A program made the position numbers and the translations under genes. From NCBI GenBank assembly GCA_963815395.1, contig CAWFHC010000002.1, forward strand, positions 70,432-134,431: a DNA stretch of 64,000 nt. The letters are read 5' to 3'. Source of the stretch: an uncultured Methanoregulaceae archaeon. GTDB taxonomy: Archaea > Halobacteriota > Methanomicrobia > Methanomicrobiales > Methanospirillaceae. The notes below the pieces were generated by a model that worked only from the letters and a program-made list of their open reading frames with translations, searched no databases and had not been told where the DNA came from. Positions within the stretch are counted from its first letter, which is position 1; each line of letters opens with the position of its first letter. Shown here piece by piece: positions 32,232-44,024 of this stretch.

Positions 32232-33309
32232 TCACCGAATATTTTGTTCCACCTTCGGCAGATGAAGAGTGAATGTACTTCCGGTGTCCAGGGTACTCTC
32301 TACGGAAATATCCCCTCCATGCATCTGCATGATCTTTTTAGTTATCGAAAGAGAGAGCCCGATACGATCATACCTGCGGGACAGTTTTGCCGCATCTGCG
32401 AGTTGGAATGGCTCAAAAATTGACGAAAATGCACTTTCTGAAATCCCTGCTCCATTATCCCTGAAGGCTATGTGATGGTAGGCGTCATCGATCCCTGAAT
32501 GATAAAAAATAGTGATTTCACGGGGTGGTTTGGAGAAATTGATCGCATTGGAGAGAAGGGAATCAAAAACGCCAAAAAGACGGTCCATATCTGCGGTGAT
32601 GGTCAGGTGTATCAGGAATATCGATGGTGATAGCAGCCTGGGGGAAATACCCGTTTGTATCCAGCACGCTCCTGACCAGTGTTGCGAGTGGGAACCTTGA
32701 GCAGTTCAGATGAAGCCTGCCGCTGTCGAGCACCGAGAGATCAAGCATCTGGTTGATAATCTGACGTTCCCGTTCCACGCTCACCAGGCAACGCTCGAGA
32801 ATCTTCTTTGTCTCATCAGGGATACCAAACCCCCCGGGGTCCTGGACAAGTAAGTTGAGATAACCAAGGATCGGCTGGAGCGGTGTCCGTAACTCATGGG
32901 CGATCGTAATGATAATTCCCCGGCGTCTTTCATTGTCAATCTGGATACGGTCTTCGAATCGTTGTTTTTCAGAAATATCAACAAGATTCATCAGGATTGC
33001 GGGCTCGTTCCGGTGAATAATCGGAGTTGCGAAGAGTAAAGCCACCCGGAGATCGCCGGATTTTGTGACAAACCGGAACTCGCTCCGCCTTACTTCCGGT
33101 TCCGTATTCACACAGCCTTTTACAAACAGGGTGAATTCGTCATGATCCGAGGGATCGACGATGGAGAGCAGGTCCTTTCCGATAATCTCCGTATCGGTAT
33201 ATCCTGAAAAAACTGAAACCGCCGGGTTTGCATACAGAATATTTCCGTTCCTTGCAACCAGAATGCAGGTTGGCGAGTGTTCAGCAAGCTGGCGGTATTC
33301 CATCAGCAC
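32232..33309 (-). CDS. PAS-domain sensor histidine kinase; frameshift near 32600
   Basis: PAS YANPA..SGY...E.IG; H-box AHELRTPL; N-box LLSNAINF; DNGAGI; IFEPF; GLSL; MHGG.I.VES. Confidence 0.87.
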
Positions 33310-33644
33310 AAGCGCTCCCGGACAGGTCGACTGACCGCTGCTCCTCCCTTCAGGTACGTGGTATTATGGTATCTTTGCCTGGTCATCCTATCCATATCAT
33401 CTACGCCATATGAATTTCTTGTTATTTTAAGATACACCTCTGAAAAATTCCGGGGCAAAGTACGATGATCCTGTCTGTATTTTTTTTAGCATAGTCGCGG
33501 ACTTAAGGGAAGCACAAAGAAGCTGGTCGTGAAACCTCTTTGAGCATTCAGGGTTTTTGAACCCTTCACATGAACCGATCTTCCATGATTAATATTACAG
33601 AGATCAGTGGGTTGAAATAACAGGGAGGGTAAAAACGGTACGAT

Positions 33645-34341
33645 ATGCGCCCGTACGTCGTAGTCAACATTGCAATGAGCGCTGATGGTAAGATCTCCAC
33701 CCGTGAACGCCGACAGGTCAGGATATCGGGTTCGCAGGACTTTAACCGGGTTGATCGGCTCAAAGCCGGGTGCGATGCGGTCATGGTAGGTATCGGGACT
33801 GTGCTCGCTGATGACCCTTCGCTTACGGTAAAATCAGAAGAGTGCCGGACATATCGGAGAAAACAGGGGTGGGATGACCATCCTGTCCGTATTGTAGTTG
33901 ATAGTTCATGCCGATATCTCCCCTGAAGCATCGATCCTGAACCGGGGTGAGGGTAAGCGGGTTATTGCGGTATCCAGACGAGCGGATGCCACGAAGATAG
34001 CCCTGCTGGAGAAAAAAGCCACGGTAATTCTCGCAGGGGAAGACAAAGTCGATCTCAGCGCTCTCATGAACAAACTTGGAGCTATGGGAATCCATCGTGT
34101 TATGGTGGAAGGTGGCGGGACTCTTATTGCAGGATTGATTGAGGAGGGTCTTGTCAACGAGATCTATACATTCATCGGCAATATCATCATTGGAGGAAAG
34201 GATTCCCCCACATTCACTGATGGGGAAGGTTTCATTCAGGAATCAGCCTTTCCCCATCTCACGCTTCTTGAAGCACGCAGGCTGGAATCCGGCATACTCC
34301 TGCACTGGAATGTTGAGAATCCTTCAGGGAACAGAGAATAA
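33645..34341 (+). CDS. arfC: 2,5-diamino-6-(ribosylamino)-4(3H)-pyrimidinone 5'-phosphate reductase; frameshift near 33908
   Basis: [31 protein letters not shown] and MVEGGGTL. Confidence 0.9.
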
Positions 34342-34407
34342 CTATGAAAAACCGGCTGAATCAGCGGTCTGAAAAAAAAAGATCGAAGAATTTTTTTAAA
34401 TTTATTT

Positions 34408-34676
34408 GGGTATAGTCCCAATTAAACCCCTAAAATAAAATTTATTCACGACGTAAAAATATGAAAATATAAGTTACTGATTTCGAGATAGGACGGGGTG
34501 CTCATTTTTTGGAAAATAGATTTTTTAGATTTCATCAATGATATTGGTTCTATCACATTTTGGGGGGTGCCACAGCGGCGGGGGCGGAGGCAAAGCCGAA
34601 GCACCCAAGAGCGTTATCAATCCCTATTTTAGATAAATCGTTTGAAAAATTTAGTCGCTAGAATGTGACTATACCC
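34408..34676 (+). mobile_element. MITE family B, copy 2 with perfect TIR and 8-bp TSD
   Basis: GGGTATAGTC..GACTATACCC; ATTTATTT duplicated at 34400-34407 and 34677-34684. Confidence 0.92.
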
Positions 34677-34678
34677 AT

Positions 34679-35419
34679 TTATTTTATCTGCAGTTCTTCT
34701 ATTACCGGATTACTAAAGCATATGCTGGCGTCACTTCCCGGTAAATACATATCTACTCTGTTTGTTTCCTTCTGCCCGGCATTCACGAAGACGGTTGTCC
34801 TGGCATGTGCCGAATCCCCGAGTTTTATGTGTGATCTGCTGTCAATGTACGTGTACCCGAAACTGAGGTCTGCAGAGATCGTGTGGTCAATGGATTCGGG
34901 ATTCACAAACTCTACATACACGGAAACTACATCCCCGTTCTTGTAATAATCAAGGATATGCGCAGTCGGTCGCGCAGTCGGGTTTGGGAACTCCACATCT
35001 CTTTGTATCCGTTCACTGAAATCGATGGTCACGTATGTTCCGAATTTAGTCGTGATATTCTCCTGCTCACATACTGAATTCAGGCAGACTGTGACGGTAT
35101 GGTTCCCTTCGGATACCCTCAGGTACAGGGGCGCGTCGGGTTTTACCGTCCCGACCGTCTCATTATCAAGAACGACTGACAGGACAGCAGGATATAAAAT
35201 TCCACCGATGGACACTCTCAGTGATCCTTTCAGATCCGGGGTACTATTCGCTGTGGGGATTATTGTCTCATTCAGACCGGGATCTGATATACTGGGAACC
35301 GGGTCAGAACCTGCTGCAGTCGTTGCATTCATCGTATTCTTATTGACCATGGCTACACAACCGGCAGCCAGCATGAGTCCGACAGCCGTCAGCAGGGCAA
35401 ATGGCACAAAAAATTTCAT
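34679..35419 (-). CDS. Hypothetical secreted lipoprotein
   Basis: Signal peptide ending LAAGC, low-complexity linker and beta-rich domains. Confidence 0.7.
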   Translation of the reverse strand: MKFFVPFALLTAVGLMLAAGCVAMVNKNTMNATTAAGSDPVPSISDPGLNETIIPTANSTPDLKGSLRVSIGGILYPAVLSVVLDNETVGTVKPDAPLYLRVSEGNHTVTVCLNSVCEQENITTKFGTYVTIDFSERIQRDVEFPNPTARPTAHILDYYKNGDVVSVYVEFVNPESIDHTISADLSFGYTYIDSRSHIKLGDSAHARTTVFVNAGQKETNRVDMYLPGSDASICFSNPVIEELQIK

Positions 35420-35528
35420 ATGTGGTCTATTATACGACGTATAGTACTTTATCTGATAATAGTATGTTGCAAGGCAATGAAGCCTTGCAGTTCATTTAAA
35501 GACCTCCGGAGAGATCAATCCTGATTTT

Positions 35529-36830
35529 TTGCCACTTTTTACTGTATGTGAATACCAAAGCTCATCACTCATCACTTCGAAAATCTCTTCTACGTACATT
35601 CCGATTATCGTTCTTGGGGCCGTTTTTGTACTCATAGCCATCCGCCAGATTGGGAGATATAATCTCAAAATCTGGCAGATCATGCTCGGCGGAGCCCTTG
35701 CAGTCCTCATCTCCGGGCAGATAACCATTCCTGACGCGCTTGCTGCGATAAATGTCGAAGTCATGCTTTTTTTGTTTGGCATGTTCATTATTGGTGAGGC
35801 AATGACGGAAAGCGGATACCTGTCCGCACTCTCCCGGCGTTTTTTTTCCTATGCCCGCACCCCGGACCAGGTGGTTTTTTTTATCCTTTTCGGGATAGGC
35901 TTCCTTTCGGCTCTTCTGATGAATGACACGCTCGCAATTATCGGAACACCCCTGGTACTAGGTCTCGCAACAAAATTCCGGATCTCACCAAAGCTGATGC
36001 TTCTTGCTCTTGCAATAGCGATTACTACGGGCAGCGTGATGAGCCCGATCGGAAACCCCCAGAATCTGCTTATTGCTGTGAACGGTGGGATGGATGCCCC
36101 GTTCGTGACATTTGCTCTGTACCTTTTCATTCCTTCCCTTGTCAGTCTCGGTGTCGCGTTTGTTCTTCTCCGGTTTTACTTCCGCACGGATTTTTCACCC
36201 CGGGTTCTTGACCACGATCCAATCCTGCCTGTCGAAACAAAATTTTTCCTTCCGGTGAAATGTTCACTGGCTGTCTTCCTGATCCTTGCTGCCGCCAATG
36301 TCATCGCTTCCCTGTATGGGGGAAAAATCCTCGTACCACTGCCGTTTATTGCCTTATGCGCAGCGATTCCCGTTATCATTTTGGGAAGAGACAGGAAGAG
36401 ACTGCTGAAAAACATTGACTGGTTTACGCTTGTCTTCTTTGCTGCGATGTTTGTGCTGATGGAGAGTGTCCGCCAGACCGGTTTTTTCCAGTCTTTTGTG
36501 AGCGAAAGCATGGTTACATCCATACCGATGATTCTCCTGACCAGTGTGTTTTTCAGCCAGTTCATTTCGAATGTTCCTTTTGTAGCCCTGTTCCAGCCGA
36601 TTATCATGCAGACGGGGGGCACAACAGCACAGCTTATGGCACTTGCGGCAGGGAGCACGATCGCCGGTAACCTGACAATTCTTGGGGCTGCAAGCAATGT
36701 AATCATCATCCAGAACGCAGAAAAGCAGGGAGAAACCCTGACGTTCTTTGAGTTTATTAAGGTGGGTATCCCGCTGACCGGTCTGCAGCTTATGGTATAT
36801 TGGGCATGCCTGACCTTCCTGCCATTTTAA
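35529..36830 (+). CDS. ArsB/NhaD (SLC13-like) anion permease
   Basis: SALLMNDT, SPIGNPQN, SNVP and STIAGNLT.LGAASN; true start probably a little downstream. Confidence 0.88.
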   Translation: MPLFTVCEYQSSSLITSKISSTYIPIIVLGAVFVLIAIRQIGRYNLKIWQIMLGGALAVLISGQITIPDALAAINVEVMLFLFGMFIIGEAMTESGYLSALSRRFFSYARTPDQVVFFILFGIGFLSALLMNDTLAIIGTPLVLGLATKFRISPKLMLLALAIAITTGSVMSPIGNPQNLLIAVNGGMDAPFVTFALYLFIPSLVSLGVAFVLLRFYFRTDFSPRVLDHDPILPVETKFFLPVKCSLAVFLILAAANVIASLYGGKILVPLPFIALCAAIPVIILGRDRKRLLKNIDWFTLVFFAAMFVLMESVRQTGFFQSFVSESMVTSIPMILLTSVFFSQFISNVPFVALFQPIIMQTGGTTAQLMALAAGSTIAGNLTILGAASNVIIIQNAEKQGETLTFFEFIKVGIPLTGLQLMVYWACLTFLPF

Positions 36831-37034
36831 TAATTGCGGAAATTCTTTAAAAAAGATGATCCGTCAGGCTGATGAATCGAAACCGGATCACAATAAGGGC
36901 AGAGGATTTTTCATTCCGGGGGTATATTGAAATATATCTGAAAAGACCGCGCTTGTCTCACCATAATCATTGCAAAAGAAAAAACCAGCGATATTAACCT
37001 CATGCACCTGCATCAGAAACGGGGAAGAATTGTA

Positions 37035-37400
37035 ATGGCAGAATACAAACACGAAAATCCGGATACTCCCGATAAGAAACGGGAAGAACTGAAAGGTATC
37101 GTCCTGCAATTAAGGGATCTCGTGAACTACAATGAGGGCACGGTAGCAAGCCGGATGATTGTCTCGCGCAAGGCGGGAAATATTACCCTCTTCTCGTTTG
37201 ACGAGAACGAGGGACTCTCCGAACATACTGCACCATTTGATGCAGTGGTCACTATTCTTGATGGTGAGTGTGAGGTATGGGTATCGGGAAAGACATACCC
37301 GATGAAGGAAGGAGACACGATTATCTTCCCCGCCAATGTCCCTCATGCACTGTCTGCCATCACGAAGTTCAAGATGTCACTGACGATGATCAGGGAGTGA
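37035..37400 (+). CDS. Cupin domain protein
   Basis: LSEHTAP.DA...LDG and FPANVPHAL. Confidence 0.88.
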   Translation: MAEYKHENPDTPDKKREELKGIVLQLRDLVNYNEGTVASRMIVSRKAGNITLFSFDENEGLSEHTAPFDAVVTILDGECEVWVSGKTYPMKEGDTIIFPANVPHALSAITKFKMSLTMIRE

Positions 37401-37406
37401 AAAAAA

Positions 37407-37697
37407 ATGGCCGGAGATGACAGGAATGGATACTATTGCTCAATCTGCGGGGGGATTCCACCGGACAAGATCACGACAAAGAGGATTCTGATTGATGGCA
37501 AGGAGACCGGGATTGACCACCTGGACTGGATCTTTGACGAAGTCAAAAAGCTCACAATACTCGATGACGCTGCCGTCACAGAAGAGCTGCTGAAAAGAGT
37601 AAAAGAGTTCAATTACGTGCCCACGAAAAAAACCTGTGCATATGCTGCGGCGCTGCTCGTGGAATATAAGAAACGGCAAAGCGGAGGCGTGTTTTGA
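37407..37697 (+). CDS. Small Cys-containing hypothetical protein
   Basis: YYCSICGG, G...GI and NYVP; 6 bp downstream of the cupin gene. Confidence 0.7.
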   Translation: MAGDDRNGYYCSICGGIPPDKITTKRILIDGKETGIDHLDWIFDEVKKLTILDDAAVTEELLKRVKEFNYVPTKKTCAYAAALLVEYKKRQSGGVF

Positions 37698-38254
37698 AAA
37701 ATTTTCCGGGAGTATTCATCAAGGTCATAATCACCTGAACCCTATAAATAAATCAATGATCCTCGTTTGTTTCCCGATTTGAAAATTGTTTTTTGAGATT
37801 TGACCCCGGATTTCGGAGATTTTTAACAGGCGCGATAACGTATTTTCCATCCGCATAAGACAACCTTTTATCTGGGATTTCATGCCGAACGCCTTACATT
37901 TTAAATGGGCAGCAGCGGAAATGGACCAAAAAAACAGACTCCGAAGAAATATTTTAAAAAAACCTGAACTCCCAAGGGGGTTTCACTTCACTATTTTGGC
38001 TACTGCAAATGCGATAAATTCTGAAACAGGTTATACAATGCAATCATTCCAACCTCAGGGTTTAAGGGAAAATGCACTCTGCTCTCATTGAAGTTAAAAG
38101 AAAACAGGTATCTTTTCTGCCCTTATCCAAACTTGTTGCGGAGCGTTAAACAGCGATGGACCGTAGAATTCTCAAACAGTATATTTCCGGTATTGATATC
38201 CTTTTATCTTACCTGAACACACGTTCTGGATATACTGCGAATGTGGAGTATCTC

Positions 38255-38594
38255 ATGAAAATAACGGAACCGGCAAACGTGGTGTCGGGCCCCCACCCTC
38301 ACCATGTGGACGTGCGCAGGATATATGAGTCCCCGCATGCGATGGCAGTCGTAATCACCCTCAAACCCGGTGAATCATTGAAGAAGACACATCACACCGG
38401 TTGATGTATTTTTTTCGTCCTGGAAGGATCCGGTGTTGGTGAAATTGCCGATGAGAAACAGACTGTTGGAAAAGACATGCTGGTTGAAAGTCCGGCAAGG
38501 ATTCCGCACCGCTGGAGCAACGAGAGCTCGATCACTATTCCGTGTTCTTGTTGTAAAGGTGCCAAAACCCACGGAAGAAACCAGGTTGCTCTGA
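38255..38594 (+). CDS. Cupin domain protein, two frameshifts
   Basis: LKPGESLKK(H)IT.VDVFFFVLEG.G, SPARIPHRW.N and VLVVKVP across frames. Confidence 0.75.
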
Positions 38595-38621
38595 TCCAGG
38601 AAAAAGACAGGGTGAAAAACC

Positions 38622-41064
38622 ATGGCAGAACCGGAAAAAAAGAAAGCGGAGATAAAAATTTCAGGAATGCACTGCGCGACCTGTGCAATTACCGTCGAAG
38701 AGTCCCTGGCAAACATCAGGGATGTTTCTGCGGTTCAGGTGAATTTTGGCACGGATACTGCGCATGTTGAGTTTGATCCGACAAAAGTCTCACTCGCTGA
38801 ACTGGAAAAAGCGGTGAAGGATGCAGGGTATGAGGTCGTGAACCGCGAAGTCACTCTCAAAATAGGGGGCATGGTTTGTGCCACCTGTGTCCAGACAATC
38901 GAAGCAGCCCTCCGGGCACTTCCCGGTACTATCTCCGCCAGCGTGAATCTCGGAACTGAAAAGGCATATGTCACGTATAATCCCTCGGTTACCGAGATTC
39001 CGGATATGAAAAAAGCCATCGAAGATGCGGGCTACCAGTATCTCGGGATTGCCGGAGAGGTGAGCGAGGAAGCCGAGAAGACTGCCCGGGAATAAGGATC
39101 TTCACGATAAATTTCTCCGGTTCTCTGTCGGATTTGCCGTAAGCATCCCGCTCATGCTCGCCATGTGGGTTCCGCTTCCGATATCGATGCAGACGCTTGC
39201 CTATGTGATGCTGGTTATTTCAACCCCGGTTTTTTTCTATGTGGCCTATCCCATCTTCCGTGCCGCCTCCATGGCTCTGCGCAACCGTTCCCTCAATATG
39301 GATGTGATGTATGCTATGGGTACGGGTGTTGCATTTGTCGCAAGCGTAATGGGTACTTTTGGCATTATCCTGACCAACGAGTTCATGTTCTACGATACTG
39401 CGATCATGCTGGCCTCATTTCTCATGCTCGGACGTTACCTTGAGGCACGGGCCAAAGGGAGAACTTCAGAAGCTATCCGGAAACTTGCCGGGCTCCGGGC
39501 AAAAACTGCCATACTGATCCGTGATGGCAAGGAAGAGGAAATTCCCATTGACGATGTGGTCTCCGGGGATATTGTCCTGGTGAAACCCGGCAGCAAGGTC
39601 CCGGTTGACGGCGAGGTTGTGGCAGGCGGGAGTTATGTGGATGAATCAATGATCACCGGTGAACCAATCCCGCCTCTCAAAACCAAAGGAAGCCGGGTTG
39701 TTGGCGGGACGATCAATACAAACAGCGTGCTTTCGGTGAAAGCTACAAAGGTAGGCAGGGAAACAGTCCTTGCCCAGATCATCCAGCTCGTCGAGGATGC
39801 CCAGGGTTCAAAGCCACCGGTTCAGCGGATTGCTGATACAGCGGTGACCTATTTTATCCCGGTGATCATTGCCATTGCCGTAACTGCATTTATCGTGTGG
39901 TTCTTCATCTTCCCGGTCCCGCCGGATCCCCTTCTCTTTGCAATGACTGCTTTAATTTCGGTCCTGGTAGTTGCATGCCCCTGTGCACTGGGTCTCGCAA
40001 CACCCACAGCAGTGACGGTAGGTATTGGCCGTGGCGCTGAGCTGGGAATCCTGATAAAAAACGGTGAGGCCCTCGAGGTTGCAGAAAAAATTACGACCGT
40101 TGTTTTCGATAAGACGGGCACACTGACAAAAGGAAAACCGGAAGTGACTGATATCATCCCGGCTGGCATTTCAGAACAGACCCTCATGGGACTTGCTGCA
40201 AGCGTCGAGAAGAACTCACAGCACCCGCTTGCTCAGGCAGTAGTACGAAAAGCCATCGCCTCGGGAATTGTCATTGAACAGGCTGAACACTTTGACACGT
40301 TTGGCGGCAAAGGCGTCGAAGCAACCGTGCTCGGAGAAACAGTGCTGGTGGGCAACCGCATCCTCATGGGGGAAAAAGGGGTTGTGATCCCGGATGAGAC
40401 CGAGGCGCGGATTGCCGCGCTTGAGCATGACGGTAAGACGGCCGTTCTTATCGCCGCAGGTAACCACATGGCAGGTGTGATTGCCATTGCAGACACGCTA
40501 AAGGAGACAAGCAGGGAATCTGTCCGGCAGCTCAAGGCGATGGGAGTTCGTGTCGTTATGATTACCGGCGACAACAAACGGACTGCTGATGCAATCGCCC
40601 GCCAGATCGGGATTGATCGTGTAGTTGCCGAGGTACTCCCGCAGGATAAGGCTTCAGAAGTTAAGGCACTCCAGGAAAAAGGCGAGATCGTGGCATTTGT
40701 GGGTGATGGGATCAATGATGCCCCGGCACTCGCGCAGGCAGATGTGGGGATTGCCATCGGCAGCGGCACTGATGTGGCGATTGAAAGCGGGGATGTGGTC
40801 CTGATCAAAGATGACCTGCTCGATTCGGTGGCAGCAATCCAGCTCTCCAAAAAAGTGATGGGCCGGATCAAAGGGAACATCTTCTGGGCGTTTGCCTATA
40901 ACGCTGCACTTATCCCGGTAGCAGCAGGTGTCCTCTATCCATACTTCGGTTTTGTATTCAAACCGGAACTTGCCGCTCTTGCAATGGCGCTCAGCTCTGT
41001 GACGGTTGTCAGTCTCTCTCTGCTGCTCAAAAAGTATATACCCGAGGCAAAGAAAGGGAGATAA
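38622..41064 (+). CDS. copA: Cu(I)-exporting P1B ATPase with two HMA domains; single-base insertion near 39093
   Basis: [41 protein letters not shown] and MALSS. Confidence 0.93.
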
Positions 41065-41079
41065 CTGAGGTGGAACAGT

Positions 41080-41221
41080 ATGGCAATTGATCCAATCTGC
41101 AAGATGACGGTTGACGAAAAAACGGCAAAGTTCACCAGCGAGTATAAAGGGTAAGAAGTATTACTTCTGCGCTCCCGGCTGCAAAAAGAAATTTGACACC
41201 GACCCGCAAAAGTATGCATAA
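41080..41221 (+). CDS. YHS/TRASH-domain copper-binding protein; one frameshift
   Basis: MAIDPICKMTVD..SEYKG(K)KYYFCAPGCKKKF..DPQKYA after removing one T near 41152. Confidence 0.85.
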
Positions 41222-41366
41222 AATGAACCGGGCTGGCTTATCTGCGTAATACGGGATTCGGCCCCAGCGCTCTCTTTTTTTAGTATTTTCAGAGAATCTT
41301 GATATAGATGCAGGAATCACCTTTTCAATGGGTAAAAATACGCATGCAAGGGAAGGGGGAAAGGTA

Positions 41367-41969
41367 ATGTCGTTTTTTGTCAGCGATCCTGAATTCTACA
41401 CCTGGGTAATTCTGCCGATCCTGATATTTCTCGCCCGGATTTGCGATGTGAGCATGGAGACAATCCGTGTTATCTATATTGCCCGGGGTATCAAGTATCT
41501 CGCTCCAATCATCGCATTCTTTGAGATTGTGATCTGGCTTCTCGCCATAGAAGTTGTGATGAATGATCTTTCCAATGTCGCTAACTTTATGGCATTTGCC
41601 TTCGGATTTGCAATGGGCACCTATGTCGGTCTCGTGATTGAGGAGAAACTCTCGATCGGAATGGTGATCCTGCGCATTGTCACGACAGAAGACTCAACAG
41701 ATGAGATCATCTCTTTCATGCAGTCAGAAAATTATGGGATAACTACTGTTGATGCCACAGGGGCACGAGGGAGTGTCAAGATTATCCTGTCCCTTGTCAA
41801 CCGTACTGATGTTCCCCGTATCACCGCTCATCTTCAATCCACAAATCCCCATGCGTTCTTTTCCATTGAGGATGTGCGGTACGTAAATGAAGGAGTCTTC
41901 CGCCCTAAAAAGCCCAATGCTATCACCGGTCTGTTTCATTCCTTCATTCGACCCCGGAAGAAAAAATAA
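41367..41969 (+). CDS. DUF2179 (UPF0316) membrane protein
   Basis: IF.ARI.DVS.ETIR, GFA.G.YVG..IEEKL and P.AF.SIEDVR. Confidence 0.85.
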   Translation: MSFFVSDPEFYTWVILPILIFLARICDVSMETIRVIYIARGIKYLAPIIAFFEIVIWLLAIEVVMNDLSNVANFMAFAFGFAMGTYVGLVIEEKLSIGMVILRIVTTEDSTDEIISFMQSENYGITTVDATGARGSVKIILSLVNRTDVPRITAHLQSTNPHAFFSIEDVRYVNEGVFRPKKPNAITGLFHSFIRPRKKK

Positions 41970-42055
41970 GGTCTGACTGACTGCAGATAATTGCCTTTTT
42001 ACAAAAGAATTAATAAACCCTACACCCATTATCGAATAAAAAGAGGTGTAAACAC

Positions 42056-42544
42056 ATGATTTCCAAGACCATGGAGCAGGCGCTCAACAAGCAGGTCAAC
42101 CGGGAGTTCTATTCGGCTTACCTGTACCTTTCTATGTCTTCGTATTTTGAATCCGTCAACATGAAAGGATTTGCCCACTGGATGAAAATACAGGCAAAAG
42201 AAGAGCAGATGCACGCATTCAAGATCTACGACTATATTGTCGCACGGATGGGAAAAGTCAGTCTCCTTGAGATCGAAGCACCCAAAGGAAAGTGGTCCTC
42301 TGCGGGCAAAGTGTTCGAAGAAGTATATGCCCATGAGCAGAAGGTCACAGCCATGATCAACGGACTTGTTGATCTTGCAATCAAGGAAAAAGACCACGCA
42401 AGCTTTGAGATGCTCCAGTGGTTTGTCAAAGAACAGGTCGAAGAAGAAGAGCATTCGAGTGCAATTCTCGGGCAGATAATGTGCATCGGGGATGTACCCG
42501 GCCATCTCTTCTGGCTCGATCACCAGTTGGGAAAGCGGGAATAA
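42056..42544 (+). CDS. ftnA: Ferritin (non-heme)
   Basis: E.YSAYLYLSM, EE..HA, HE..VT and LQWFV.EQVEEE. Confidence 0.95.
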   Translation: MISKTMEQALNKQVNREFYSAYLYLSMSSYFESVNMKGFAHWMKIQAKEEQMHAFKIYDYIVARMGKVSLLEIEAPKGKWSSAGKVFEEVYAHEQKVTAMINGLVDLAIKEKDHASFEMLQWFVKEQVEEEEHSSAILGQIMCIGDVPGHLFWLDHQLGKRE

Positions 42545-42593
42545 ACCCCAATCTTTTTATTTTTTTGCAGCGTTATCACCGTTAGGTTACAGT

Positions 42594-43961
42594 ATGCTGT
42601 CAGTCCTTGTCATTGATGACCAGAAGTCGCTGCTCGAGGTAATACGCCCTTTACTTGAACGTTTCGGCAACATGAATGTAAAGACAGCAGTGTCAGCACA
42701 GGAAGCACTGGATCTCCTGTTGAGCAACACCTACGATGCGATGGTTGTCGATTACGATCTGCCGGATATCAATGGTATTGAATTTTTAAAGATAATCCGG
42801 GCAAAAGGAAATACCACCCCCCTGATTATTTATACCGGTGTTGGCAGGGAATATGCAGCAATAGAAGCGCTCAATTATGGTGCAGATTTTTTCTTAAAAA
42901 AAGGTGATGATGTTCAGGATCAGCTTCTCGATATGGTTCATATGATCCGTCAGGCAGTTGACCGGAGAAACATGGGAAGAGGACCGGGCACTACCCAGAA
43001 GATTCTTTCCGATGCGTTCAACTTCTTTCACCAGCCTGCATTCGTCATAGATCGGGAGGGTACTGTGATTGTATGGAACAAGGGAATGGCAGCAATGACA
43101 GGAATCAGAGAAGCGGACATGCTGGGCAAGGGAGATTGGGAATATTCAATTCCTTTTTTTGGTCATAGATCTCCGATGCTCAGCGATCTCATCTTTCAGG
43201 ATGATGCAGCACTTCTTGAGAATCACTACACCATTATTGAAAAAGAGAAGGGGACTGTCACTGCCTGGACCAAAGCGACACCGGAAGAGGGGCGCCAGAC
43301 CGTATTATGGATGAAATCCACAGCTCTGTATGACAGCAAGGGAATCTTCATGGGCGTAATGGGAAGGGTAAGAGATGTTACCGAAGAGATGGGAGCTGAA
43401 CTGGTAACTCCACCTCAAAAAACCGCGGACTCTTCAGGAGCGACTCCCGCTTCCCGCGCCGGCATATTTGACAAGATACTGGGAAAGGCAAAAACCAATT
43501 ACCGGAAAGGCATGCGGCTCTCATTCTGGGAAGGGAAGTATGCTGAAGCCATCCCGTATTTTGACAAGGCGATTGAGATCGACCCTTCGCACGCTTACTA
43601 CTGGCATGACAGGGGTGTATGTTACCGTGTGCTGGGAAAAGACGCAGAGGCACTCCGGAATTTTGACAGGGCTGTTGAACTCGCACCGGATGATGAAGAG
43701 TTCATGTTTTCCCGTGCAGAGATGCTTAAGACAATCGGCATACTGCGACAACGACAGGATCTCCTTGAATCAGCGGTACAGATCCTCAATCGCGTGGTGG
43801 AGAAGAACCCGAACCATGCAGAGGCCTGGAACTGCCTTGGAATCTGTTCCCGGGAACTGGGAAAAGAACTCTTGTCCCGCCAGTATTTTGAAAAGTCCCG
43901 GGAATTAATCAAGCAGGGAAAGAACAGGAAAAAAACCCGTTCCTTTGATTTTCTTGCCTGA
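42594..43961 (+). CDS. Response regulator receiver-PAS-TPR protein
   Basis: VLVIDD, DYDLPDING, YTG and FFLKK; PAS VIDREG....WN; TPR repeats A...FDKAIEIDP. Confidence 0.88.
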   Translation: MLSVLVIDDQKSLLEVIRPLLERFGNMNVKTAVSAQEALDLLLSNTYDAMVVDYDLPDINGIEFLKIIRAKGNTTPLIIYTGVGREYAAIEALNYGADFFLKKGDDVQDQLLDMVHMIRQAVDRRNMGRGPGTTQKILSDAFNFFHQPAFVIDREGTVIVWNKGMAAMTGIREADMLGKGDWEYSIPFFGHRSPMLSDLIFQDDAALLENHYTIIEKEKGTVTAWTKATPEEGRQTVLWMKSTALYDSKGIFMGVMGRVRDVTEEMGAELVTPPQKTADSSGATPASRAGIFDKILGKAKTNYRKGMRLSFWEGKYAEAIPYFDKAIEIDPSHAYYWHDRGVCYRVLGKDAEALRNFDRAVELAPDDEEFMFSRAEMLKTIGILRQRQDLLESAVQILNRVVEKNPNHAEAWNCLGICSRELGKELLSRQYFEKSRELIKQGKNRKKTRSFDFLA

Positions 43962-44024
43962 ATATTCAACGATAGATTTTACATATCGCCCACAAATATC
44001 CTCTTTTTAACTGAGGATGTTGAA

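Noticed and set aside
38622-39153. CopA N-terminal HMA pair ending in a stop, resembling the E. coli copA/CopZ programmed frameshift
   Set aside because: No slippery heptamer is seen. Deleting one T restores a continuous frame, and the same extra-T-before-AAG error appears in the YHS gene.
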